In this document: positions 50,877 through 60,161 of the stretch, piece after piece
Numbering within the stretch: the first letter of the stretch is position 1
How the letters are laid out: the number at the start of each line of letters is the position of its first letter
Assembly: GCA_048270185.1 (NCBI GenBank)
Contig: JBLWTJ010000001.1
Location: forward strand, 576,001 to 640,000
Length of the DNA: 64,000 nucleotides
Source: Bacteriovoracaceae bacterium
GTDB taxonomy: Bacteria > Bdellovibrionota > Bacteriovoracia > Bacteriovoracales > Bacteriovoracaceae
Reading direction: 5' to 3'
Notes under the pieces: generated by a model
The model's input: only the letters and a program-made list of their open reading frames with translations
Database searches by the model: none
What the model was told of the DNA's origin: nothing
Program-made: the position numbers and the translations under genes

Positions 50877-50905
50877 AAAAAAGCCTCCGATTCGGAGGTT
50901 TTTTT
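50877..50905. terminator. Bidirectional intrinsic terminator
   Basis: AAAAAAGCCTCCGA-t-TCGGAGGTTTTTTT. Confidence 0.85.
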
Positions 50906-50990
50906 ACATAAAAAAATAACTAATGACAAAGTAAAGGTATGACTAGCAAGAGGAAAGTTTATAAGATTGGCCATATTTTAAAAGAAGAGA

Positions 50991-51602
50991 TTAATAATTA
51001 ATACTGAGACTTTTTCTCACTTTGAGAATGTGAATAGCACCATATATTGAACCAATAAGCACCCCTATATAAGTTCCCCAGTGAATAAATGCAACCTGTT
51101 CAAAATTTTGAGGAAATTCTAAAAGCTCTTCTGCGCCAATAGAAAAGAACGGAAAAGCAAAGAATGAAATAAAGTAGCCTAAAACAGCGAGACCTAGGCC
51201 AAAGAAAAGAGGATACAATAATTTTCGGCAAAGAATTTTGTACTCTAATTGCATCATTTTATCTTTTGGATTGTTAGCTACTAAGAAAATTAGCCCTACA
51301 ATGATCCCCGCCCAATATGATGCTTTAACTGCAAGCCATATAATATCGGGATAAAATTCAATATTTCTTCCTAAACCTTTTGCTATATAGAAATACTCAG
51401 AAGAAATACTAAAAGTAATGAAGTCATGAATGATAGCAAAGACAACAGAGAATAAAGTTGTACTAGCTAAGAAACCATATTCTTTGGCCCTCTTTGGGTT
51501 TTTTGGATTTTTAAATAAGTCATAAGTACCAAAAATAATAAAGAAGCTTAATGCAAAAATAATTCTTACTTTCAAAGGAAGTAAATTTTCTAAATATTCC
51601 AT
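50991..51602 (-). CDS. AT-rich multi-TM hypothetical membrane protein
   Basis: About five TM; HDFITFSISSEYF, IHWGTY. Confidence 0.75.
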   Translation of the reverse strand: MEYLENLLPLKVRIIFALSFFIIFGTYDLFKNPKNPKRAKEYGFLASTTLFSVVFAIIHDFITFSISSEYFYIAKGLGRNIEFYPDIIWLAVKASYWAGIIVGLIFLVANNPKDKMMQLEYKILCRKLLYPLFFGLGLAVLGYFISFFAFPFFSIGAEELLEFPQNFEQVAFIHWGTYIGVLIGSIYGAIHILKVRKSLSINY

Positions 51603-51648
51603 TATTATCATAGTAAGCAATTAAAAAAGTTTTATCCACTTGTTTAAG

Positions 51649-51684
51649 AAAAAAGAAAGCCTCCAAAACGGAGGCTTTCTTTTT
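51649..51684. terminator. Intrinsic terminator after fabH
   Basis: AAAAGAAAGCCTCC-aaaac-GGAGGCTTTCTTTT. Confidence 0.85.
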
Positions 51685-51722
51685 ATACAGTGAATCCCGA
51701 AAAGGATCCATGAACTTTTTAG

Positions 51723-52742
51723 TTACACACGGTAAAGAGCTGATGCCCAAGTAAACCCTGCACCGAAGGCAGCACTTGCTACTAGCATACCAGGCTTTAA
51801 AACGCCTTCTTTCATCGCATCGTGCATTCCAAGTGGAATCGTTGCGGCCGTTGTATTTCCATATTTTTGAATTGTATTAAAAACCTTCTCTTCTGGAATT
51901 CCCATTACTTCAGCAACTTTCGAGTTAATTCTTAAGTTAGCTTGGTGAAATAAGAAAACATCAACGTCATCAACTGTGACGCCATTCTTTGCCATAAGTT
52001 TCCCAAGGCTTTCGGCCATTCTCTTTACAGCGTGAACAAAGACAGTCTTTCCATTCATTTGTGGATAGTGAAGCTTTTCATCAAACATCTCTTGAGACAT
52101 TCTCTCAGTTGAATCAAAACCTGTTCCCGCAGCAGGAAGCCAAAGCTCTTTTGCATACTTCCCTTCACTGTGAAGAGTTGCATCGATAAAGCATGGTTCA
52201 GTCTTCTTATCATTAACTTCTGTGGCACTCATAATGATGGCACCAGCACCGTCACCAAAGAGAACAGAAACATTTCTTCCCTCAGGAGTTTGGTCAAGAC
52301 CTTTTGAGTGAACTTCAGCACCAACAACAAGAACATTCTTATGTGATCCACTTGCAATGAATTTATCAGCAACAGTCATGGCATATAAGAAACCAGAACA
52401 TTGTTGACGAAGATCAAGACATGGAATTTCTGAAAGGCCAAGCTTGTCTTGTAAAAAACATCCAGTACCTGGAAAATCAAAATCAGGAGATAGAGTTGCA
52501 AAGACAATCATATCAACGTCTTCTTTCTTAATTCCTGCATTTGCGATTGCTTCTTCACTTGCCTTAAGAGCTAGATCTGAAGTCGAAGTCTTTGAATCAA
52601 CCCAGTGGCGTTGCTCAATTCCTGTTCTTTGAATAATCCATTCATTAGAAGTATTCATCATCTCTTCGAGATCACTATTTTTAAAAACTTGTGGTGGAAC
52701 GTAAGAACCCACACCAATAATTTTACTTGCCAATACACCCAT
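51723..52742 (-). CDS. fabH: 3-oxoacyl-ACP synthase III
   Basis: WIIQRTGI, QCSGF, FGDGAGA, HQANLRI, YGNT, GAGFTW. Confidence 0.95.
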   Translation of the reverse strand: MGVLASKIIGVGSYVPPQVFKNSDLEEMMNTSNEWIIQRTGIEQRHWVDSKTSTSDLALKASEEAIANAGIKKEDVDMIVFATLSPDFDFPGTGCFLQDKLGLSEIPCLDLRQQCSGFLYAMTVADKFIASGSHKNVLVVGAEVHSKGLDQTPEGRNVSVLFGDGAGAIIMSATEVNDKKTEPCFIDATLHSEGKYAKELWLPAAGTGFDSTERMSQEMFDEKLHYPQMNGKTVFVHAVKRMAESLGKLMAKNGVTVDDVDVFLFHQANLRINSKVAEVMGIPEEKVFNTIQKYGNTTAATIPLGMHDAMKEGVLKPGMLVASAAFGAGFTWASALYRV

Positions 52743-52960
52743 ATTATTTCCTTTTCATAAATTTTCTTACATCTGAATTGGTGAATGATATCATTCCAAT
52801 TTAGCACAATATTCTTACATGCGATAGAGAGGACACTTACAATTTTATTTTTCTTAAATTGCCCCGACGCAACTTTTATGCCCGGTCTTTACCCCTGATT
52901 TTTTATTGGCCATCATACTATTTCTTGCTAACATATAATTATTCCAAGGAAGGAATTAAA

Positions 52961-53842
52961 ATGACTAAGCTTAGTCACCTTTTGGTGCTCACATCCATTC
53001 TCAATTGCTTTGCCGCTACAGCAGCAAGCAAGTCACTAGGGACAACAAACCTAGAACAATATCCTTACTATCCAAAGGGCGTTGACAGCAACCTTGCAAA
53101 AATCGCTAAATCAAAAAAGTCGATTAAATCAGAACTTAAGTACATTCTTACTTCTGGTCACGTAAGATCTGCTGGAAGTAACGACATCTTAGTAGAGTCA
53201 TGTGCAGATAAGAAGAATTGTTTTAAACAAGAAATCCCTAATACATATAAGCAAGCTAGAAAGTATCTTTTTGGCGATATCTATCTTCAAGGAAGAAGTG
53301 GAAACTATAAAGTCAAAGATGTTTATTGTAACCAAGATGTAGGTGAAAGTGCAGGCGTGGGCCCAATGCTTATTCCTAACCATCAGGTAATGAATTGTGA
53401 ACACAGCTGGCCTCAATCTCGATTTAATAAGAGACTAAGTACCAACACCCAAAAGAATGATCTACACCACCTCTTCCCTGTTAACTCACGTGCAAATTCA
53501 TCTAGATCAAATCATCCTTTCGGTGAAGTCAATGGACGTACAGTAAATTCAAATTGTACAGATTCACATATTGGCCAGGTAAACTATAAAGACGAATCAA
53601 CAACTTCATTTGAGCCTCCACAAGAAATTCGTGGAAATATAGCTCGTGCACTCTTCTACTTCTCGACTCGCTATGAATTGCCAATTGGTGAAGCGCAAGA
53701 GTACTACCTTAGAAGATGGCACAAAGAAGACCCTGTTGATGAGTTTGAAATGAATGTCAATAATCGAATTTACGAAATCCAAAATAGTCGTAATCCATTT
53801 ATCGACGATGAAGACTTAGTAGATGCTATTTCAAATTTCTAA
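52961..53842 (+). CDS. Secreted endonuclease I family nuclease (second paralogue)
   Basis: AGGAAGGA RBS; NCEHSWPQS, DLHHLFP, RGNIARALFY, QNSRNPFID. Confidence 0.92.
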   Translation: MTKLSHLLVLTSILNCFAATAASKSLGTTNLEQYPYYPKGVDSNLAKIAKSKKSIKSELKYILTSGHVRSAGSNDILVESCADKKNCFKQEIPNTYKQARKYLFGDIYLQGRSGNYKVKDVYCNQDVGESAGVGPMLIPNHQVMNCEHSWPQSRFNKRLSTNTQKNDLHHLFPVNSRANSSRSNHPFGEVNGRTVNSNCTDSHIGQVNYKDESTTSFEPPQEIRGNIARALFYFSTRYELPIGEAQEYYLRRWHKEDPVDEFEMNVNNRIYEIQNSRNPFIDDEDLVDAISNF

Positions 53843-54251
53843 ATATTTACTCTTAGCATGTTTTCTTTTTTCATGCGCAACTCCTCCTAAACCAGTAAAG
53901 CCTCTCACAAGACGTGAGAGACAGCTTCTGTATTATCAGAAATTAAGGCAAGCAAAATGGGATGAGATCTCAAAGAAATCTGGCTATCACCATGATCGCA
54001 AAGTAACAATTGAAACCAAACGCAAAAAGAAGAATACCCCTGCACCTAAGAGGAATAAGCCTACACCTATTCCTATTGATCCAGACGATCAAAGAATAGA
54101 AATTGAACAATTAATTGGCTTTCACTGTATCAAAGCTCGTGTTAAGAATTGCGACGAAGTTTCAACACAAGTCTATACAGACTGTCTTCAGGAATTCAAT
54201 CCTGGGGATAAGAGACTTACTTATTGTATCAAGAAGAAGCTACGTCATTAA
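53823..54251 (+). CDS. Basic hypothetical lipoprotein
   Basis: Lipobox LFSC, Lys/Pro linker, four-Cys C-terminal domain. Confidence 0.75.
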   Translation: MLFQISKYLLLACFLFSCATPPKPVKPLTRRERQLLYYQKLRQAKWDEISKKSGYHHDRKVTIETKRKKKNTPAPKRNKPTPIPIDPDDQRIEIEQLIGFHCIKARVKNCDEVSTQVYTDCLQEFNPGDKRLTYCIKKKLRH

Positions 54252-54522
54252 TTGGCCTTCTTGACCTCTTCCTTATCAGAGTCTTTTTCAATTTCTTTCT
54301 CTTTATGAATTTTTGTAAAGCGGGCCTTTCTTATAGCTTCGAGATCGAGTAAATTATCGTCCCCCTTAGCTACAGGCCCTAGGACTTTAGCGCATCATCA
54401 CCATCTTCACTCGATCCTGCACCTTGATCCTTCTTTTCACTCTTTTTACCGAAGCGCCAGTAAGCTTTAATCAAGTTCTTACTTTCCTTCTCTTCAAGCA
54501 TGAGTCTTTCTTTTAAGTTCAT
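54248..54522 (-). pseudogene. Small charged protein gene interrupted by a frameshift near 54390
   Basis: AGGAG RBS and a 47-aa ORF (54522-54379); protein-like sequence continues in another frame without a start codon to TAA 54248. Confidence 0.5.
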
Positions 54523-54727
54523 TAGAATCTCCTAGACAACGATATGGCCACATGTGGCAATATATTATATTTGGCCATATGGATCATTTTTTAGCAACTT
54601 AAGAGAGTTTCAATTTACCTAAGATCAAAAAATTAAGTTTTCATTAAGTATGATTTATTTCCAATAATCTTTAATTGAGTTTATTGAGTAAACTAAGTTT
54701 CGAGGGTATAATTTATCTAAGGTAATA

Positions 54728-55186
54728 ATGATGAAAAATCTTGTAATAAACACCATTGTGAATGCATCTGTTGAAGAAATTCTAGCTAATTTCAACGCCG
54801 ATACGATGCAAGAAGCGACGCCTCCGTTCATCAATCTTGAGGTAACACGCTTTGATGGGAATCAGGTTTCTGATCAGACTCATCTTATTACTTCTGTTTG
54901 TGGCCACTATCAATCTTGGAAAATTGAAGTAACTCAAACGAAGAAAACAAATGATGGGATTATCATTCGAACACAGGCCAATGAATTACCATTTCCATTT
55001 ACGATTTGGATTCATACTTACCATATTCGCTCCCTCGGAAATGGCACGACAAAAATAACTGATAATATTAAATTTAAAACTGAAAACTTTATCTTCGATC
55101 TTATTTGTTATCCAATAATCTACTTCATCATGTACTATCGAAAGCCAGTACTTATGGATAAGTACAATAAAGAAATAAATATCTAG
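54728..55186 (+). CDS. SRPBCC family protein
   Basis: TPPF, LPFPFTIWIHTYHI, ITDNIKF, YR. Confidence 0.7.
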   Translation: MMKNLVINTIVNASVEEILANFNADTMQEATPPFINLEVTRFDGNQVSDQTHLITSVCGHYQSWKIEVTQTKKTNDGIIIRTQANELPFPFTIWIHTYHIRSLGNGTTKITDNIKFKTENFIFDLICYPIIYFIMYYRKPVLMDKYNKEINI

Positions 55187-55187
55187 A

Positions 55188-55766
55188 ATGTCTAAACGTA
55201 AGAAATGTTCAAATTGCCAAAGGCCTGATGGTTTTTGTGTTTGCCATGCTATAAGGCCCTTAACTCTCTCTAATAAAGTAACAATACTTCAAGACACAAA
55301 AGAGGCTTCCCATCCTTTTGCAACGGCCAAATTCGCATCTCTTGCCAGTAAAGAGATAGAACTCATTACAAGTGATAAAATAACGAATGAGTTTATCAGC
55401 GCAACGATTGAATCAGGTGCATTTCTCCTTTTTAAAAATGAAGACTCCAAACCAATATCGATCAAAGAAATTCCAAGTAAGAACTTCGTTGTCTTAGATG
55501 GAACTTGGAAGAAGGCCCGCAAGATTTATCATACATGGCCCTCTTTAAGAGAGCTTCCGTGCTTTCATCTAGAGGTCGATATGGAAACGATTTATCAGAC
55601 AATTAGAAAGTCTTGTGGAGAAACACACCTTTCAACACTTGAGGCCATAGGTATAACTCTCCAAATTATTGATGAAATAAATAGTGAACAGTTTCAAGAG
55701 TTTATTGAACCGTTAAAATTACTAGTTAAGCAACAAGAAGAACAAATTAGTGGTAGAATAGATTAA
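55188..55766 (+). CDS. DTW-domain tRNA-uridine aminocarboxypropyltransferase
   Basis: CxxC..CxC, LDGTWKKA, LSTLEA. Confidence 0.88.
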   Translation: MSKRKKCSNCQRPDGFCVCHAIRPLTLSNKVTILQDTKEASHPFATAKFASLASKEIELITSDKITNEFISATIESGAFLLFKNEDSKPISIKEIPSKNFVVLDGTWKKARKIYHTWPSLRELPCFHLEVDMETIYQTIRKSCGETHLSTLEAIGITLQIIDEINSEQFQEFIEPLKLLVKQQEEQISGRID

Positions 55767-56473
55767 TGAAGATGCTCGTCTCTCCACGACTTAGCGAAAT
55801 TGATAACTGCCCTTATATTCAAGGGGAAAAAGAGCAGCACGAATTCTTCTTTACCGCCTTATTAGAAGATGTTGAGCTCGACTATCTCCTCAATAAGGGC
55901 TGGCGTAAGTTTGGCCAATTTGTATTTAGGCCAGTCTGCCCTAATTGCCAAAAATGTATTCCTCTACGTGTCGATTTAAAGAAGTTTAAACTCTCAAAGA
56001 ATCAAACAAAGTTCATAAAGAGATCAAAAGGTAATGGCCTAGATATAAAATTCTCTCCTCTTATTTTCAGAAGAAGACATTTTCAAATCTATTACGATCA
56101 TGGACGCCACCGCTTTCGCGACAGTATAGATGGAACAATAATCGATAATGAAGACCTTTTTAAAGATACTTTTTATCGCTTTACGGGAACTCAGGTTTTA
56201 AGTGAAGTATTTCTCGATGGAAAAGTTATTGCCTTTGGAATTCTTGAGCAATCAAATGATGGATTAAGTAGTGTTTACTTTTGTTATGATCCAAAGTTTG
56301 AAAAATTAGGGCTTGGGCACTATGGTGCACTTAACGAAATACTCTACGCTAAAGAACTAGGACTGAGCTACTACTACTTAGGCTATTGGATTGAAGAGAA
56401 TTCCTTTATGAAATACAAGGCCCGCTACGCTCCCCATGAGCTATACGATTGGAATAAAGGAACTTGGGAGTAG
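55766..56473 (+). CDS. Arginyltransferase family protein (Ate/Bpt, N-degron pathway)
   Basis: CPY, GWRKFG, RPVCPNCQKC, LSSVYF.YDP, YYLGYWI, MKYK. Confidence 0.9.
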   Translation: MKMLVSPRLSEIDNCPYIQGEKEQHEFFFTALLEDVELDYLLNKGWRKFGQFVFRPVCPNCQKCIPLRVDLKKFKLSKNQTKFIKRSKGNGLDIKFSPLIFRRRHFQIYYDHGRHRFRDSIDGTIIDNEDLFKDTFYRFTGTQVLSEVFLDGKVIAFGILEQSNDGLSSVYFCYDPKFEKLGLGHYGALNEILYAKELGLSYYYLGYWIEENSFMKYKARYAPHELYDWNKGTWE

Positions 56474-56474
56474 G

Positions 56475-57092
56475 CTATAAAATCTTTCTAAATGTTAAGT
56501 TAATTCTTGGCCCAACAGATTTTGCAGTTTTATTAAGTTGATGTTTCCAATAATGCTGAGTTGTTCCCGACATAATAAGAAGACTCTTATCTTCAAGAGT
56601 AATCTCAACTTTCTCCTGAGACTTATCAAAGCGATGCTTTAAGACAAATTTCCTCTCTTGCCCAAAAGACGCTGAAGCAATAACAGGATTTCTACCGAGA
56701 CTATCTTCATCATCACTGTGCCAAGATGCATAGTCCTTACCATCACGATAGAGATTGCATAAACAACCATTAAAATCTTCTGCGCAGACGGTTCTAATAT
56801 CAGTTAATAAGGCATTAAGTTCATCATTGAAATCATAGCGAGTTAACTTTATGCCAGAGTAGCGATAATCTTTTGAATTACTATACCAGGCCTGAAGCCT
56901 TGGAATGGCATGGGTTTTACCGTAGAGAGTGATCTGATCTTGATGCCAATTGATCGCTTCTTTAAGTGCGGCGAAGTCGTATTTTGAATTTTCAAAAAAG
57001 TTCGGATAGTAAATCAGCTTACCATCTTTAAGATCATAGGTCTTAGTCGCTTGAAAATCCTGTGAGTCGCCGAAGAGGCCAAATTGGTCCAT
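56475..57092 (-). CDS. AlkB-family 2OG-Fe(II) dioxygenase (ALKBH2/3-like)
   Basis: PRLQAWY, NLYRDG, WHSDDE, WKH, RINLTFR. Confidence 0.92.
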   Translation of the reverse strand: MDQFGLFGDSQDFQATKTYDLKDGKLIYYPNFFENSKYDFAALKEAINWHQDQITLYGKTHAIPRLQAWYSNSKDYRYSGIKLTRYDFNDELNALLTDIRTVCAEDFNGCLCNLYRDGKDYASWHSDDEDSLGRNPVIASASFGQERKFVLKHRFDKSQEKVEITLEDKSLLIMSGTTQHYWKHQLNKTAKSVGPRINLTFRKIL

Positions 57093-57263
57093 AAAGAGAA
57101 ATTAGCATAAGCATCTGGAATTGCTAAGGGCCATGCCAATAAAAAGACACGCTCACTTAATGAGTAAAACATGCCTAAGTCATTAAAATTGCAATAAATC
57201 TTATATAATACTTAGGTATATCAACTAACGTGACTAAAATGAATATATAAGAAGGAGTGAGTC

Positions 57264-59075
57264 ATGAACATGACAGATAATCGAATCCAATTTGTGAAGA
57301 AGTTTCTCATCACTATGATTTCGTGGTCACTACTATTTTCACCGATCGCCTATGCAAATACTGAGCGACAGGCCCAAGAAGAACAACGAGAAAATGAGGG
57401 TACTCAAGGTGGACACACTGGAGGGACTGAAACCGCTCAAGCGGATACGACCTCGAGCGAAAATACTGATATACCATCTCCTATCGAAGGAAATGATCCA
57501 AACTATTGCCAAAAAGATGGGACTGCAAAGCAGTGTACTGAAAGCGGTCAAGTTTATAACTGCCATCTAGAGTCCTGTGTCGCTCAAGCAGATAATAATA
57601 ACTACAATATGGAATATACAAATTGTGGTGAAAACGTCGAATGTCTGGAAAGACTTAAGGCCGATGCTCAAGAATTCACGCAGTATAAAACACACGGCCC
57701 TAAGAATGGTAATAATGATGTTTTAAATATGTTAGCAGCTGCTTCGCAAATCGGTATGGGATGTGCCATTTTAGGAGCATTTGGTTGTAAAAGTGATGGT
57801 ATTGGTATGTCATTATCTGGTGCAATGATGCTTGGAATGGCACTAATGAAACTTCTAGGTAATGATTATAAGGAGACATTTGAAAAAATAAAGAAAGACT
57901 TAAGAGCACTTGATGAAAAAGATGCAAAAGGATGGAATCACGTAACTCAAAAGGCTGCATTACAAACAGAAATCAGCATGCTTAAATTAATGGAAGATGC
58001 TGCTAGTGATAAGATAAAACACCATACGAGAACAATGACACTTATTACTGTTGCTGCCGCCATCGCTGCAATTTGCGCGGCCCTAACAATTTGGGGATGT
58101 CCAGGAACAAATACCTGTACCTACCCTGTTCTAATTACAGCAGGAATCGCTCTCGTTTTAGAAGCTGCGGCAATGTCACAGGCAAAGAAGGCTAAAAAGA
58201 GTGCGAGTAGCTCAAGAAAGAAAGCTGAGGCCGTTTTAAAGAAACTAGAGTCTCGATACAATAATCAATACAATCCTTCAACATCACGTCAAGCACAAAT
58301 GGCCGCAGCTAATATTAGTGGTCAATCAATGGGGCTTGGAATGAATAATAATGATACTTCTCTTGATATAAATGAAATACAACACGATTCAATTAAAAAG
58401 ATTCCAAAGATGAGCGTTGACCTAGGAAAACTAGGAGCGACAGCACTGAATGCGGGGAAGGCCATGAACTTTAATGATGTCATGGACGGATATAACAAGA
58501 CAGCAGAAACAGGAAATACAAAGTATGTTAATAAGGCACTCGATGCAAATGCTGGTAATATTTCTAAAGTAGCAAGAAAGATTCTTGAGGCAGGACTTAA
58601 GAATAAAAAAGCCGATCCAAAAGCAAGAGCTGCCATTAGTGCAATCCTAGATCCTAATTCAGCGGCCAATCGTCAATTTCTTGCACAACAGTTAGCAGCT
58701 CAAGTATCACCACTTGGGCTTGCAATGAATTATAGAAATGCAGGTGGACGTAACGCAGCTGGTGCCATCGCCAATAATTCGAAAAAAGAAGCTGAAGTTG
58801 AGGGTATTGCCTATGATAGTTCTTCAAAAGATTACTTAAACAAACTTAAGTCACAATTAAGTGATTTTGAAAGTCTTCTTGATACTGACGATTCTGGACT
58901 AATGGCCATGAAGTCATTTAATGATCCGACCGTTAGCGAAGATGCAGTTAAGCAATTAAATGGAGGTGATAGCAAAGATAAGAAAGACACAATCCACCCA
59001 GATTCAGGTCTTTCACTTTGGAATATCATCACAAATCGCTACAACGTTATTAAGCTCAAAAAAGGTTTTAACTAA
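57264..59075 (+). CDS. Large secreted hypothetical protein with hydrophobic hairpins and coiled coils
   Basis: AAGGAG RBS, signal peptide, six-Cys domain, two hydrophobic regions. Confidence 0.82.
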   Translation: MNMTDNRIQFVKKFLITMISWSLLFSPIAYANTERQAQEEQRENEGTQGGHTGGTETAQADTTSSENTDIPSPIEGNDPNYCQKDGTAKQCTESGQVYNCHLESCVAQADNNNYNMEYTNCGENVECLERLKADAQEFTQYKTHGPKNGNNDVLNMLAAASQIGMGCAILGAFGCKSDGIGMSLSGAMMLGMALMKLLGNDYKETFEKIKKDLRALDEKDAKGWNHVTQKAALQTEISMLKLMEDAASDKIKHHTRTMTLITVAAAIAAICAALTIWGCPGTNTCTYPVLITAGIALVLEAAAMSQAKKAKKSASSSRKKAEAVLKKLESRYNNQYNPSTSRQAQMAAANISGQSMGLGMNNNDTSLDINEIQHDSIKKIPKMSVDLGKLGATALNAGKAMNFNDVMDGYNKTAETGNTKYVNKALDANAGNISKVARKILEAGLKNKKADPKARAAISAILDPNSAANRQFLAQQLAAQVSPLGLAMNYRNAGGRNAAGAIANNSKKEAEVEGIAYDSSSKDYLNKLKSQLSDFESLLDTDDSGLMAMKSFNDPTVSEDAVKQLNGGDSKDKKDTIHPDSGLSLWNIITNRYNVIKLKKGFN

Positions 59076-59081
59076 TATATT

Positions 59082-60158
59082 CTAGGCTTCGCAACATGAG
59101 TCATCACGACCAACTTGTTGCGAAGCTTTCTTAGCAAGAAGCTCTTCTTCAATCCTCTTAAATTCCTTTAAAAAGACATGCTTAAATTTCACCATCTCAT
59201 AGTTGGCAGAAACCCCGTGGCGCTTCTTAGGATCTTCATCAGGAACACCTAAGACAACTGTATACTTGAGATCTAAGTAATCCTTAGGAAGCTCGTGTAC
59301 TCCCACACCAAATGGTAGAAACTTATTTCCAGATGTTAAAACAGGACGTCCGCAACTAAGAGCTTTTAGCGAATAGTGCGGAAACTTTTTAGAAGTATCA
59401 ATGACATACTTGGCCCCCGATAAAAGAGGGGCCATTTCACCAGAGCAACGATTGCCAAAGAAAAGCTCAGGTCTCTTCTTTTCAATCTCTAGTAAATGAT
59501 CATGACTACCAATGAACTTAAATTTCATATTTCCATAGAGATCAATAATCCTATAAACCTGAGTGGTATCAAGTGGCTCACAGTTAATAAGGAAGTAATC
59601 GCGCTTAAACATTGCATCGGGAAGAACTTTATAATCTTTTAAAGCTGTCGCCGGTGTAACTTGAATCGCATTTGGAAAATCATTTAATACTTTTTCGTCA
59701 TTAGACCAAAGAGTGTTAGCACGTTTTAGGCCTTGGCGCTGTTTAGACTTAATAAGAGCATTAAAGAAGAAGTCTTTAAAAGATGATTTCTTCTTATCAC
59801 TGAACATATCTTCAACAATATAAGTAAAAAGGTAAGTATCATCGCACATTTTAATCTCTTGAGAAAAGCCTCGAGAAAGATTAATGACGAGATCAACACT
59901 ACAAGGAATAAATAAACCTTGGGCGGCACCGTTTACAAGATGGGCCTTATCAACTAAATCATCCCAAGACTTTACCATCTTCGATAAGAAGCTTGAATGA
60001 ATTCGACGCTGTTCAACTGGACCTAAAACTTGTCCTTGTTGATGAACAAGAGTGTATAGTTCAACATTATCACCAATCACGCCCATAATGGTTTCAAGGC
60101 ACTCAATATAATAATCTCTTTCAACAACAGCATCACAGCTGACAACGACTTTTAACAT
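59082..60158 (-). CDS. Divergent GT-B (GT4-like) glycosyltransferase
   Basis: LYTLVH..IHSSFL N-terminal pattern, ALSCGRPVL; adjacent to a UDP-GlcA decarboxylase. Confidence 0.55.
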   Translation of the reverse strand: MLKVVVSCDAVVERDYYIECLETIMGVIGDNVELYTLVHQQGQVLGPVEQRRIHSSFLSKMVKSWDDLVDKAHLVNGAAQGLFIPCSVDLVINLSRGFSQEIKMCDDTYLFTYIVEDMFSDKKKSSFKDFFFNALIKSKQRQGLKRANTLWSNDEKVLNDFPNAIQVTPATALKDYKVLPDAMFKRDYFLINCEPLDTTQVYRIIDLYGNMKFKFIGSHDHLLEIEKKRPELFFGNRCSGEMAPLLSGAKYVIDTSKKFPHYSLKALSCGRPVLTSGNKFLPFGVGVHELPKDYLDLKYTVVLGVPDEDPKKRHGVSANYEMVKFKHVFLKEFKRIEEELLAKKASQQVGRDDSCCEA

Positions 60159-60161
60159 AAT

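Noticed and set aside
57124..57139. Sigma-54-like TGGCATGGCCCTTAGC upstream of the AlkB-family gene
   Set aside because: Spacing is off by one base
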